From contig NC_087437.1 in NCBI RefSeq assembly GCF_036321535.1, positions 20,648,001 through 20,712,000 on the forward strand: a DNA stretch of 64,000 bases, read 5' to 3'. Both the position numbers and the translations under genes were made by a program. Source of the stretch: Camelus dromedarius. Its lineage: Eukaryota. Positions 13,871-27,761 of the stretch are shown here, in pieces. How positions within the stretch are numbered: position 1 is the first letter of the stretch; each line of letters starts with the position of its first letter. The notes beneath the pieces are model-generated. The model was not told the origin of the DNA and ran no database searches. It saw only the letters and a program-made list of their open reading frames with translations.

Positions 13871-16800
13871 TAGAAACCAAGCCTCAGCTTCTCCTTCTGT
13901 AAAATGGGGATAGAAACCACAACTACCTCATAAGGGCTGTTGTGAAGATTATGTGAGACAGTACATGTAAATAAAGCCTTTAATAACAAATGCCACAGAG
14001 TAGGAACACCATAAACGAGAGTTATTATTAATGGTAGAGATTATTGTCTCAACAAGCATAATGCCTCTTATTTACAAGTGCTTTTCAACATTTAAATCCA
14101 CTTCCTATCGTTTTTGACCCTGCACAGTGTCCTGAGCAAGAAGACAGGACACACTTACCCCGATCTGGCAAGGGAGAAGCCTGGGGTTCAGAGAGGATAA
14201 GGGAGGTGCCCGGCTCTCCACCGCATGTTAGTGATGAAGCCAGAGCTCTAGTGGAGATGCCAGACTCTTGCTTCTCTGATCTTCCTGCCACAGCTTGTTA
14301 ACGCTGACAAGCGCCTGAAGTAAGCCGAGCAGGTGCTGCTTGCCCAAGAGAATGTGCACGGCAGCTCTGTGCGGGACAAGCCGCAGTGGCAGTGCCCACC
14401 GCAGGTGGTGCCAGGGGCCAAAGTTCGTGGCGCAAGACCAGGGGACCCAGTCTGACACCTACAGCGGTGGTGACAGGGCAGGGCAACTTCCTTTTGTCGG
14501 ACAATGTCCTTTTAAAAGCAGATGCGGAAGCACAGCTCATTCCCATCCTAGCTCATTCAGCAAAACCGGCATTCACCGGGGCCAGCCCGGCCCGCTGCGG
14601 CTTGTCTTAGTGGTCAGAGTATTGTCCAACACAGCAGTGAACAAACTTTGGACGAAGCTGAACCCCGAGTTAGCAGCATAGGGACGGGGAGCCTGAGTTG
14701 GCTTTGTGTCAAGCTGAGTGGGGTTCAAATCTCAGCTTCCTTGATCCCCACCTGGGAGACCTGGTGCAGGTTATTTCACCTTTTTGAACTTCATCTTCCT
14801 TTGCCACAAGGTGGAGGGGGTCACCCTTGATTCTCAGTATCATTTGTGGACTGGAAATAACATATGTAGGGTGAGTGGCACAAAACAGGACTTGATGAAT
14901 AGCAGATGATATTATTATTAGCAAACAAAAGGGGGACTTCCAGGGTGAAATCAACCTGCCTTCAGCCAAGCCCTTCTCCCTCACTAACCGCGTCTTCCAT
15001 TCTCAACCGTCATCAGGTGGTCAGTCACAAAGGATTGATTAGAACTTACTGCATCGAAGGCCATCATCACTGATACAGTTAGCACCTCTGTATGTCCCTG
15101 CGCACCGGGAGGGAGGCTTGAGGCAGGGACGCAGCTAGACTGCTGGAGCAGCTCAGGGGAGCGGGGCCCTGCACAGGCAGCTGCTGGCTTGGACATGCAT
15201 GGCCCACGAGCTGCTCCTCTAGAGGAATGGCTGGGCTGGGGGCTCAGTCCCCTGCCATGGGATTCCCAGAATCTCCAAGGGCCCCCCAGGTTTGCTTGCT
15301 GCTCAGAGTGAGTGTCCAGCACTCAGCTCCCTGGAACAGGAAGAGCAGGGAGGAAAACTGAGGCTTGGTGAGCAACCCGACACTCACCTAAGACAGGGAG
15401 AGAGGAGGCAGTGCTCCCTTCACCAAGAGGGAGCCCTTCCTGTGTGCCAGTGTACACTCTGTATCTTATCAACTCCTTCACCCCTGCTCCACTGCAGAGA
15501 GGGGCTGCTTTCCCCATTTTAAGATGCTCAGAGAGGTAAAGCAACTTGCCCAAGATCACAGAGCTGTTTCCAGGACAGTCTGATGATGGGGCTTGTGCTC
15601 TTTCTCCTCTCCCTCCCTCCCTCAGCCCTGCTCAGAGGCGGGCTATGGGCTGCACTGTGGCTCTGGGCAGGGGGGTGATGGCAGGGCTGAGCCTGGCCTC
15701 CTTGGAGATGAGAGGTGCCAGGGTCCCCACTCAGGGAGGGGAAGGGGAGGTGGGAGGTGGGCAGCCCCAGTGATGTGGGAACACTGGCAGAGGTCATGCA
15801 GGGAGATGAGACTGATCCCTTTCGTAATGGAGTCTGTAGGAAGAAATCAAGGCTTCTTGGAACTTAAACCTAAAAATGCCAGCTGGACATAATGACGATG
15901 ACAACAATAATAAAATATGTAGTAACGCCATACATTGTGGTAAGCACTTTTCATATTGTAAGTCTTCCCAGCAAATCTGCCGAGCAGACGCGACTTCCTT
16001 TTCTACTTTGTAGATGAGGTAATAGGGGCTCAGAGAGGTCACTTAACTTGCCCAAGGTCACTCAGCTAATAAGTGGCAGAGCCAGGATCCAAACCAGAGT
16101 CTATCTTATTTCAAAAACATGCTTATTCTGCTATACTAACTGAGGTGTGATTTAATTCATCAGAAGGTTTGATCTTAGGTGACAAAGAGGAGGCCCAGAG
16201 AGGTTATGCTGGGCTCGAGGCCACAGTGGATTAGTCACAGCTGGGGAAGCTTCCGGATCTCCAGAGCCACCTCGCTACCCTGCAGTGCTGGAGAAGGGCT
16301 GTGTGCTAGCTGCCAGGCCCAGCCATGCCCGCCCCTCCTCCACCCTCCCACACTCACATTCATCATGCACATAGACATTTTTATGAGCAGCTCCACCTCT
16401 GCAAGAGGCTCAGACTGGAAGCCAAGGGTCTTCTTTACCAGCTGGGTGTGAAGCACCATGTGCCCACTCCCTTGGCCATCTGCAGCCTGAGCCACGCCTG
16501 GCCGAACTCTGGCCAAATGGCCCCCTCCCCTAATAGCACATAAACCTCCTGTGTGACCTTAGGAAGTCTCTGCCATGTTCTGGGCCTCAGTTTTCTCTTC
16601 TGGGAAGTAGGGGCCCCTTCTCCTGGGATGGTGGGGGCTTGAACGTGGTGGTGTCTAAAAAAAAAGGCAGCCAGGTGCGCAGCACACTGATGACATCTGA
16701 CAAATGCCACCCTGGCCTGGCCTGGTTCCCTTTAGTTACTGGTAGTCCAGCGTGATCGTGCTGTTTCTAGAACAATATTTGTGGCAACCTGTCTGTCCAG

Positions 16801-19229
16801 GGCCAGTTGGAGCCCAGCGGTCACCCTCTGCCTCTGACATAGCTCCAGTCCATCCTCCTCATCCTCCCCTGGCTCCCACTGGCAGCCCTTGTTCTCTGGC
16901 CCCGGCCCTCCCACCCCCATTGGGCACTGTCTGCCTTTCCCTCCACCATGACCCTGCACAGAGTAGGTGCTTGGGAACATGGTGAACCCTGGAATGTGTG
17001 CTCCAGCTGTGCGCAGGTCCGCGCTGCCCCCACAGGGCATCCCAAGGAGGCACTCTGCCTGCCCTCACCAAGCAAGTGTGGTGGGATGGGGCGGCTCCTT
17101 GTGCCCACACTCACCGCCGAGCGAGCTGAGCTGCACAGCTGCTCCCTCCACACATGTCTGTGCTCTGCGCTCAAGGAAGGCTTCTCAGAGGAGGCAATTT
17201 TTTAGTCAGCCCAAAGAGAACACAGGTTGGGTCTTGTGTTTGCTCCTAACCTTTTTTTTTAAACCCACCTCAGAAGTCCTGTAACAAACAAGTGGAAACC
17301 ACTTTATCACACCCTGAGGAGGGGGCTGGTCACCTGGTAGGACTGAGACTAGTGGAGGCCCTGTCACTCTAAATCTGACCCCCGTTGCCCACTGGCCTGA
17401 CCTCCATACATGCAACAGCTCTGAAGGCTTCCTCTTGCCCTGGGAGCATGCTGTGCCTCTGACTGCCCGGGGCAGCGTGCAATCACTGTCTGGAGGTTGG
17501 GGTATAAACACCCCAGCTCCCTCGTCCCCTTGAGTAGGATCAGGCTGAGTGTCTCCTGGTCCCCGGGGTTATGCCTGAGTCACTCACTGCAGTAGCTGGA
17601 GGAAGAGCACTTCCTAGTGTCACCTCCACCCTCCTGCCTGTGCCTCTCTTGTCCCCAACCCTATACTTTCTCTCTGTGGCTGCACTTTCCTTCTCAGAGA
17701 ACATGGGGGGATTTGGCAGTGGCCTCATGGGCCACCAGGGAAGCGTTTCATGAGAAAGTGTGTCAGATGAACTCTTGACTCTCTAACTATATGTTCTGCT
17801 CCCCAACCAGACATGACTAGCCTGTTCCCACTTGAAGGATGGCATGGCCCATCTCCTGGGCCTGGGCCTGCCTGAGGCAGCGGTGGGGACTGGAGGCCCA
17901 GGCAGGCGGGGCTGCCGCACAGAGCCGCGCCTGGTGCTGGGTGCGATGCCGCAGCCCCCTGTGGCACCCCAGGAGAGGACCGCTCTGCCGCCGAGACTGT
18001 GGAGGGCATGTTCAGGAAGGGATTTCCGGGCTACTCTGAGGCGGAAAATTTGAGACTGTAAGCTCCTCAACAGCTGTGTCCTCTGTATTGTTTGGGTCGC
18101 TGCCTGGAGCGCCATGGCTACAGGATGAATACAAATGCATAATGGAAGAGGCTGTCCTGGGGCTCAGAACAGACTTATTCATTCCGCTCCCCCACCTGCT
18201 CCCTTTCCCGCTCCCCTGAGACTTTGCTGGGACTTGATGTTGTCAAAACTCATATAAATCCTAATGTCATCTGGCTCTGTTGACTGCAGGGCCCCAGACA
18301 TCAGGAGGAAGGAGTGAATTTTCACTTTTCTCTGGGAGGCGAGTGGATGGCAGTGGGGGAGGGGGGTCCTGCCTACCCAGACTTCCTAGGAAGCCACCAG
18401 GACCTGGAACACTGAGATGGCTCAGGAACCTTGGTGCCTGGTCCCCTTGGAATATTTTAGGTAATCTGCCCCAGTGCTTTCTGCTTATGAGGCTGTGTGG
18501 GGGTAGGGGTGGGGGGTAACCAGGGTGGAGCTGGCATTGTGGGCAGAGGGACTCTCCCAAGCTGAGGAAGGACCAGGGAGCAGATGTGGTGTTGTTAGAG
18601 CTCTTAGGTTCGAAATGGGGGAGCAGCCAGAAGGCCCCTGCAAGCAAGTCTGGGCCAAGTTGGCCTGGGTTCAAGAAGCTATAAGAGCACAGAAGGGGTA
18701 GAAATAACACCCAAGACAGAAGAACTGGAGGCTTCTTCTGCCTCAGCCAGAAGCTTATTATATCCTTCCCCCTGGAAGAAGAGCCAAACCCGGGATGTGA
18801 TGACCACCCAGGGCCGAATAGGTTAATAAGGCAGCAGGTATGTTTACTGATCAGAAGAGGGAGATGGTGTGATGGAGTCATGGCCTCTCCAACACACGTC
18901 ATAGTGGGACCTCACCTCCTTTCATTTGGACCTCATACTTCTTTTGATGCAGTCTCTGTTACTCTTAGCTAACTGAGCGGGCAGCTCTCATCGTCCAGTC
19001 TAGGGGAGCTTGTGACTCTCTTTTGCAGAATATTATATCACCAAATAATATTTTCACAGAATATTATGTCACAGAATAATACATCCTGCCAACTGGATTA
19101 ATTTCCAAGGCCTTAAAAGCAAGACTTGATAGCAATCCCTGATGGGTTCCATCTTATTGCACTAGGCCAAATTTCCCAGAGTATGGAGACCATTTGGGAT
19201 TCTAATTCCATACTCTGTATTATCTCTTC

Positions 19230-19540
19230 TCCAGCTTGTGCTGCCTACACACTTGGTAACATCGTAACAAACCTGTTAAAATGTACAACATCCTACATTA
19301 AATATAATGGAGGTGTAACTGTCAGTTGAGTTGTGTTGAGTTGCACTTGACTTCTTGACACAATGCTTTTTTGTTTTTTGGTAGACAGTTTAAGTAAACA
19401 TGTGTTAATTTTAATTTTGCAACTTTCTTTCAGTAGCTTTTGAACCAATAAATTAGCCCCAAGTCTCAAACATTTTTCAAAGCCCTTGAAAAATTTGTGG
19501 TTCTTATGCATGGAGTGCCCCATGGTTGGAACAGGCCCAT
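19230..19540. mobile_element. hAT-Tip100 (Zaphod-like) remnant
   Basis: AT-rich island ending agcccttgaaaaatttgtgg...ggaacaggccc, resembling a Zaphod terminus. The family assignment is weak. Confidence 0.4.
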
Positions 19541-20659
19541 CGTCTACTCCCCTCCCTCTTGGTCAGCTGCATCAGTGTCCTGGGGATCTTCCTGTCTCTG
19601 AGTACCCCCGTCTTCAGTCTGGTGTCTTTGGTACATGGCTTCTGGGTTCATCACCTTGAAATACCATTTCTTTTTGTCCCATTCTTTCTTGAAAGTCTGT
19701 GTTGGTGGCTGGAACCAGGCCAGACCACTCACCCTGCATGGGGTTTCTCCATCACTAGCTCCCAGCTCCTGCGTGACCCAGTGACCCTCTGCCCTAACCA
19801 TCCCTGAAGTCAGGCCAGGGCCTTTGTTGGCCCCTGGGCCCATCATGCGGATTCATCCATCTCTACCGCTGTCGGTCGCTGCTCTTACCTACCCTGAGAA
19901 GGGGAAGAGCATCAGTGATACTGTCCTGGGCCCATGGAAAGGGCTTTTAAACAAGACAGTTTCCAAGGCCGCCTATATATCTCTTCGAAGACTCACTTTT
20001 CCCGAAGTCTTGATCCTTTCTTGGGAACATCTCCAAAGACCTCCTCACTTTGACTCTCTGCTTGTCTCCCACTCAGGAGGGAGACAGGCCTCCCCTCTGT
20101 TAGATGAGGAGAGGTGGGTCGGGGATCTGCAGGCAGCTGTATTAGGGAGGGAGGACCAGATGGGGAGCTGGGGTGTGGCCAGTGCCATTGGGCCTCTGAC
20201 TGGAGGACAAAGTGGTCCTATTCAATAGTTAAAATAATTTTAAAATTTAAAAAATTGATAATAATAGCGACCTTTCAAAGAGTATCCACTACATCTGAGA
20301 CCCCATTCTGAGCACTTTACATGTTACCTTCTTAAGCTCTCACAATAGTCACAGGAAACAAAAACAGGCCCAGAGCAGATGCCACAGGCATCCGCGGCCA
20401 CGCAGGCCGGGTGGACGGCCCGGGTCTGCCTGGCCCTGCAGTCCGCACCCATCCTTCCCACCAGACCACCTTCTCACGAGCAGCAGCTACTTGCCGATTC
20501 TTGGAGAAACACGGCGTTCCATTGATCCCTGCATCCGGACCTTCACCAGTGCCACGTGGTTTTAATCACCGCAACGCCGTGATTAAAATCTTTTAATAGC
20601 CATTAGGACTGCTCCTGCCTCATTACTCTTTACTTCAGTATTTTTCTGTTTCTTCTTTC

Positions 20660-21470
20660 GTGTTTACTTTTCCAGATAAACCCTAGTTAATCATTTTGGT
20701 GCGGTCCCCTCAAATCCTGTTGGTATTTTAATTGAGATCATACTGCATTTACAGATTATTTTAGGGGATAACTGGCATTTCTGAGTTATTGAGTCCTCCG
20801 CTGCAAACATGAAATATGTCTTTTCCATTTATTCAAGTTTTCTGTTATGACTTTAGTATGACTTCAGTGTTTACTCTTGCAAGTCTTGCACATATCTTGT
20901 TACGTTTATCCCTAGGCATTTCATCTTTTTTTCTTGTCATTATGGAAGGAATCCTACTTTCCATATATTTCCTAGCTTGTTAGATGTCATGAGAAGCTGT
21001 TGATTTTTGATTACCAGTGATTTTCTGTCTTGCTGAATTCTTATTTCTTTAGTAGGGTCTCTTTTGATTCTCTTGGGTATTCTGGGTATACACACATATT
21101 CTCTGCAGGTGGTGACAATTCTGCCTTCCTTCTCTTACCTCATTATTTGACGAGTACTTCTAGAACCGTGATGAGCAGTGGTGGTGTTGGTGGGATAATA
21201 CCATTGTTAATGAGTAGGTAATATGTCGCCATTTGGTTTATCATAATCTAATTAACCACCCTCAGTTTTGTACATTTGGGTTGTTTCCAGTTTTTCCCTT
21301 CTATAAATAACACTTCAGCGAATGCTTCTGCTCATACCTGCTGTCCTGTTTATGTGTATCAGCATGGTAGGTTGTTAGGAATAAAACTAATGGCTCAAGG
21401 AATATGAACTATTTTTGAGTCCGATGATACTGAATGCCAACCGACTTTCCAGAAAAGGATTCTCTAATTA
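20660..21470 (-). mobile_element. Old L1 (L1ME-like) remnants
   Basis: T-rich block resembling the antisense ORF2 at 57700-58200 (e.g. ccatttattcaag, tctgcaggtggtgacaatt) and the L1 3' UTR (ttgggttgtttccagttt). Confidence 0.65.
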
Positions 21471-22071
21471 ATTTAACCAGCATGTATATTTTAAAGCTGC
21501 CAACATTGGTTAGTGCCTCGCAGAATCTCAGGACTCAAGGACCACTTCCTTAGAGGGGATTTATGTTAAGTGAGCTTGGTTGTTAGTCTTGTCAGGAAGG
21601 GATTTTATTGTGAACTCAGACATAGTTAAGAACCAGAGATTGGGGCATCAGAATGGGCTGGTGCTGAGGCTGCTGGGGTCCCCTCTTGGAGCCTCTTGGG
21701 GTCCCCTGAACTGAAGTTAAGTGTAGCCTATGTTTACCTTCTGAGAATCCCCTCCATTGGGGGTGGTTGAATGGTGCAGCCATCAGCCATGTGCTCCAGT
21801 ATTGTCCCGACGGTCTTGCCCAGGCCCGAGAAGCCCCAAGTCTGTGGCAGTGGTTGTTGTCAGCCCCCAGCAGCCCTGTGGCCCCTGCTCTGGCTCCCAA
21901 GGCTCCGCCCCTCTGTGCTGCCTTTTTGCATGTAAGTCTCACTTTCTTCCATGGCTCTCCAGTGGTGTCTTGGGGGGATCTCGTCAACCCAGCTACGCTG
22001 TAGTCAGCCGCTGCACTGCACTGCGCTCTTCCCTGCCACCCTGGTCTTTCCCGTGCATAAAGTAAACAGAG

Positions 22072-22480
22072 TGTTATGGGTTGAACTGTGTCCCCCTAGA
22101 ATTCATATGTTGACGTCCTAACGCCCAGGACCTCAGAGTGTGACCTCACTTGGAAATAAGACGTGATAAGCTAAGATGAGGCCATGAAAGTGGGCTGTAA
22201 TCTAGTATGACTGGTGTCCTTGTAAAAAGCGGGGATTTGGATACAGAGACACAGACACCAAGAAAACGCTCTGTGAACATGAGGTGCGCATCAGTGTGAT
22301 GTGGCCACAAGCCATGGAGCACCAGAGATGGCCAGCGAATGCCCGGGAGTGGGGGGGAGGCCGGGAACAGACTCCTCTCAGCCTCAGCAGGAGGCAGCCT
22401 GTTGGCTCTAGAGCTGTGAGACCGCACATGTCTGTTGCTTGAGCTGCCGCACCTGTGGTGCTTTGTCAGACTGCCGCTGA
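22072..22480 (+). mobile_element. MaLR solo LTR (MLT1B/C-like)
   Basis: Starts TGTTATGGGTTGAACTGTGTCCCC and contains tatgactggtgtccttgtaaaaagcgggg and ctagagctgtgag...tgtggtgctttgt. Confidence 0.85.
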
Positions 22481-25400
22481 GGGTGGAGGCTCCCCTGCTC
22501 AGCAGGTCTCTGTGTGCTCGGGAGCCATGCATCAGGGTGGTCTGAAGAGGTGAGGAGGGCCGTAAGGGCGGGAGAGCCAGTGCAGCGGGGGCCCTGGCTC
22601 CCAGGACGTGGCCGCCCCAGCATGTAAGCCTGGAGCCTAGAGAGAAGGTGGGGGTGCCTTCGGTTCCCAGAGATTTAACTGTACTGCACAGGGAGGGCTT
22701 GTGGCCTGAACCCGACAAGGAGTCACGGCGAGGGGGTCAGAGGCCCTTCTTTCCAGAGCCCATGCCAAGCAGCTGCTCCTCTGGGGGTGGAGACACACGG
22801 TGGCCACGTAGGGGTTGGAACTTCGAAGAGGTAGAGGACTGGCTTCACGAGACCTGCATCTCTGCAGGTGCAGAAGGGCAGGTGAGATGAAGGCAGCTGG
22901 CCCTAAAACGCACCACCCAAACTTGCCAGGGCAAGCGACGGAGAAGGGTATTATTCTGTGGAAAAGGATAGGGAATCTTAGAGCCCAACTACCGTCCCCT
23001 TGGAGGCTGCCACAGCCCCCCTCAGGCTGGCTCTGCGTGCCCAAGTGGCTTGGCTTGAGTTGTCCAAGGGCCACCCTTGCCTTCCTCCATGTCTACTGCA
23101 GACCCCCAGGCTGGAAGGCTGGGAAAGACCTGGCTGAAAAGCTGGGAAGTGGACCTGGCAGGACCAGAAGCTGGGAACCTTGTTTCCATGGCAGCACTGC
23201 ATCCTCAGCTTGGGGGATGCCTGCCCAGAGGCCCCTGCCCAGCCCCTCGTTCTGCAGCCGGGGCAGAGATTTCAGAGACTAGTGGCCAAGGGTGGAGCCC
23301 ACCTCTGCCACAGCTCGTTCTGTAACCTTAGCCAAGTTACTCAACCTCTCCAAAACTCCATCTTCTCGTCTGCAAAATGGAGATAACTCCCACCTTTCAA
23401 AGTTCTTTTGAGGATTAAATAATACAAGGCGTATCAACTACGCAGGACACGCTGGCACGCAGAAGCGATCACTGCCAGGTAGCTCTTATTTCTACCTGCG
23501 TAATATTCACAGACACCTAGGTTCTTTCCACCTTATGAATAAGGAAGGGGGAACCCCCTTCCTTAGGCTGAACAATAGACAGCACACTAAATATGAGATG
23601 CATTGGTGGTGCACATCCATTTAAATTAATCATAATATGTTCCACACTATTCATTTCCACTCACCAGCCCTTGCTCACCAGAGACTTTTTTAGGATTCCC
23701 CGAAAGCATTTTAGAGGGATGCCTGCAAATTCATTGAGCTTTGTTGCGGGCAGTTCTCCCACTCAGGGTCATTTTCCTCTGAAAATGCCAGCCACACGTT
23801 CCGTGCCTTTTCAGTTGTGCAATGGAGGGCCTCAGATAACATAAATTCCCTGAAATCCTCATAGTTTGTTTATTGACTCATGTAATCATTGATTCATTCA
23901 TTCCTTCATCAAAGAGCAAGGATTACTTAGGCAAGAGAGCAGTATCCAGACAGAAACAGCAAGAAATTAGAGTTATGAGAAGGCCTGGGGTCTGGGGGCA
24001 GCTCAGAGTGGCTAGAGTTGGGGTGAAGGGTGTGGTGATTGATTAATAGTATTTACTGACCATGAACTGGGCACCAGGCTCTGTGTGAGGTACTGAAGAT
24101 AAGGCAGTGGACAAGGCAGCCAGGGACCCCACCTCCATGGAATTTATAACTCAGCAGCAAGACATGTCACAACCAAGAGATTATCCTGTGGTTCCTACTG
24201 TGCCTAGTGGCATGCTGGGGGAGCAGAGGGTGCTCAGAGGCCTAGTCTGCCTTGGGAGCCAGATGGAGAAGGCCAGTCTAGGGAACCTGTAAGCTCAGAG
24301 GAAGAACTAACTAGCCAAGTGTGTGCTGTGGGGCAAGAGAGAAGACAAGGGTGTTCCAGGCAGAAGGAGCAGCATGTGCAAAGGCCCTGAGGCAGGAAAG
24401 AGTCTGCTACCATTTAGGTGTGGACCTAGCAGATGGCACAGCTAGGGGTGGGGGCAGGCAGCGTCTCACAAAGGTTAAAGGAAGCAAGCAGGAAGTAAAG
24501 CTTTGTGTACATAAGAATTTTGAGTGAGGATAATTTGGGGTGTGGGCGAGATTAACAAACTCAGTAACAGCGTCCAAGGCAAGGTGGCTAAGTGGCGCCT
24601 TTGAGATGCCTCATGGTCACAGTGCCTTCCCAAGGAAAGCATCGCTGGGGAGAAGAACACTGCCCAGCAGAGCTCATCAACCGCAGGGCAGCCAGGCCAC
24701 CTCGACTGTGGGAAAGAGGCCACACCTTTGCCTCCACCTCCCACCCTGGCTCCAGGGGCCTCCTGGGCCCTTTCTTCCCTAGTCCCTGGATCCTAACTGG
24801 CGTGTAGTCACTGCCCCCAGCTCGCCCTTTGTCCACCCCTCTATTCCCAGGCCTTAGGAGAGGATTTACCTCAGCCCAAACCAGCTGTGGTAACTTAGGA
24901 GGAACCAGATGGCTTCTCAGTGGCCATGCCTGTCCTGTGTGCTGCGTAAAGTTGTTGGACGTCTCTGTTTTCTCAAGAACCAGAGATCAGATGCCATGGC
25001 TGTTTGTAATAAGGCTTTAGAGATTTACCCCAAAGACGCGTCCTCTGGAGACGGCAGCCGCCAACAGGCCCAGCGTGCCCTTACAGGACACAGTTGATTC
25101 TAAAGTGAGAGCTGAGGATGGAGCTGTGGGATGAGCCACATCCGGGGCACCCAGCACCCAGAGCAAGTCAGCCATGTCCTACCTCTGAGCTACTCTGGGT
25201 CAGGCCCTGTGTGGGCACAGCGGACCCTACCCATCTCCAGGGGCATGGGAACAGTGCACTGTGTGGCATCCTGGACTCTATGCAACCCCAAACCTAAGAA
25301 TGTACCGGAAGACTCATGTAGGGCCTTGAGAGGAGCCCGATTTCTGTTCTGCAGTTTGGAAAAGATCTCAGACACTGTTCGCTGTTCATCTACACCTTAC

Positions 25401-25756
25401 TCACGTTTACACAGGCTTGGGTATCTCCCTCCTACTCCCTCCACAGAGTAGAAACAGTACATGGGAGTGTGCGGGGTAGGTGAGGCCAGAGGCAAGCACG
25501 CCAGCAGTATCCTGCGGCACGGACTCCTACCCATACGGAGGGACACAGAATAGCGACAGCAAGCAAGAGCTCTGGAACACAGCCACCTGGGGCCACTCAG
25601 CAAAGGGCCACATAGCCCCCACCTCGGGGGCTGAAAACAGCAAGCTCACGGTACCAAGGTGGCGTTTTCCTTTCTAATTCTGAATCCTCAAAAATGGATT
25701 CCATTATGTTTAGGGTAGTTAGTTTAAGAGGAGGGCATAATATCATTTAGCAGTGT

Positions 25757-25846
25757 CATCAAATCGTCATGGTACACCTTAAACTTACACAGTGCCACAT
25801 ATCAAGTATATCGCAATAAAACGGAAAAAGTAAAATTTTTTAAAAA
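25757..25846 (+). mobile_element. Very short L1 3' terminus (L1MA9-like)
   Basis: catggtacaccttaaacttacacagtg...tatatcgcAATAAAacggaaaaa followed by an A-rich tail. Confidence 0.65.
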
Positions 25847-27761
25847 GATGAAGGTATAATGCATTTTAGAAAAATTCCCACCCAGAGAAATCAAACTAAA
25901 AGTAAGTTGATACTTAAAAGGATAATTTATCAGAAAAATTTGCTGATGTTAAAAAGACTCTTTGCCTAAGTTTCAAATAAATGAGGTGTCAGTGAAATAA
26001 ATAATCCCAGCATTAAATAATAGAGGCACCCCAAGAAGGGTGTGATTAAATATCTAATGAGGGGCACAGGCAGCGAGCACTGTCAGCTCGTGGGAAGGAA
26101 GGGTCCTGGTGGGTACAGAGTTATGGAGGGATGGGGCCCAGAGGAGGACACTGCACTGGGCTGGGAAGGGGTCAATGGGGAGGACGGGGAGAGGTGTTCC
26201 TGGTGGGGGGGTGGCAGGAGCACAGGCAGGGAGGCTGGGAAGCATGAGGGAAGTTAGCGGGTGGATTCCTTGAGGGGAGCCTGCTGGGGCCAGACCACGA
26301 CCCAAACACACTGCAGACATCTCCCAGGTAGCTGCCGCTGACCAGTCCACAGAAACTTCTATGAGGGCCTCTCAGGCCTGCCCCCGAGGATCCCCTCCGC
26401 AGGGCTGCTGGCCGGTGTTGTTTTTGGCAGCGCGGGGTCTGGAAGTGTGTGGGAGGAGATGGCCTGGCGGCGCTGAGAGGCTGCCAGGCCTCATGGCCTT
26501 CACACAGGTGGCCAATGTCAAGCGGGCAGTGGTGTCTGCGGACCTCGCTGCCCAGACCTGGGCAGGGCCACCCATCACAAGTGAACCTTTGTGGACCCGG
26601 CTTACAAAACCGGCCAAATATTTTCCCTGTCACTTTATGAGGTGCTAGCTCTGCCCATTCAACCTGGGAAAAATAAAGTGTCACATAATTTGCTCCGTTA
26701 GCGTTGAGAAGGTTTGAAGTTAAGAGAATTCTGTGCCTCTGGGAAGGCCCTGTCAGCCCGAGGGGGAGGGGTTCCCAGGATCCCACCTCCAGAGGGGCCG
26801 TGAGCACCAGCCAAGCCAGCTGCAGGTTTTGCAGACAGAGGGAAAGAGGCCCTAAGCCTGTGAAGTCAGCCCTTGAGCTGGTGTTAGATGAGGCGACCCT
26901 GTTCCCTGAGAATCTTCTTAAACACCATGCTTTTGGGAGCTCTAGTCCAGGCTCTGCCCTCATCTGCCCCCACTGCTCCCAGGGGAGGCCAGGGAACTCA
27001 CGGAGAAAGGTGAATGGAATTTTCCTGCAGAACCTCCTCACTAGGCAGACAGGATACTAGAAGGGTTTCAGAGCTGAGGTACGGGGTGAAGAGGGGATGC
27101 TGTGCACTGAGGTTGAAAAACATCAGCCTCATGCGGCCAGCAAGTAGGCAGCCACAGGCACACTGATTTCTGGCCTCCCGGTGAGTTTTCACGTCCCCTC
27201 CAAATCCACTTTTATACTGCCCATGGCCTAAAATTTCCCTGGTGGACCTGCTTCCCTTCTGCCTCTGACAGTAAGTGTCATTTATCGAGTACTTGCTGTA
27301 CCATGCCAAGCACATCACTCGGCGCAGCGTTCAGTCCTTTGACTGGGGTTTATTGAACACCTACTGTATGCTAGTCCTGGGGAAGGAAGTTCTCCTTCAC
27401 ACAGCCCCATACAGAGTAGTCGTGAACCCATGGTTACAGATGGATACACTGAGCTCAAAGAGGAGTGGAAGACACAGCTAATACACAGCAGAGCTGGGCT
27501 TCAGAGCCAGGCCAGCCTGACTTCAGAGCCTGGCTTCTCCCCACTCCCTCATCAGCAGGGTTCGAAAGAGGCAAGTAATTAGTAAAGGAGAGACAATATA
27601 TGTAACCCTGATTATAATCTTTTGGTTTGTCCTCGAGGTTATATTCAAATTAGTCATAGTTTTATATGCTAATTATCTTTTGAGATGACTAAAGATAACA
27701 TTTTTATGTAAAAACAAATCCATCATGCTCACTCAACGCCACCCCGAATGCGGTGACTCCA

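Noticed and set aside
18267..18902. 211-aa minus-strand ORF, and similar ORFs at 29353-29967, 22146-22718 and 41125-41691
   Set aside because: No recognisable homology or splice context; 22146-22718 overlaps an MLT1 LTR.
26172..27041. Longest ORF in the track (289 aa, minus strand)
   Set aside because: Non-ATG start, no recognisable domain, and a Pro/Gly/Arg/Leu-rich composition typical of chance ORFs in GC-rich intronic DNA.
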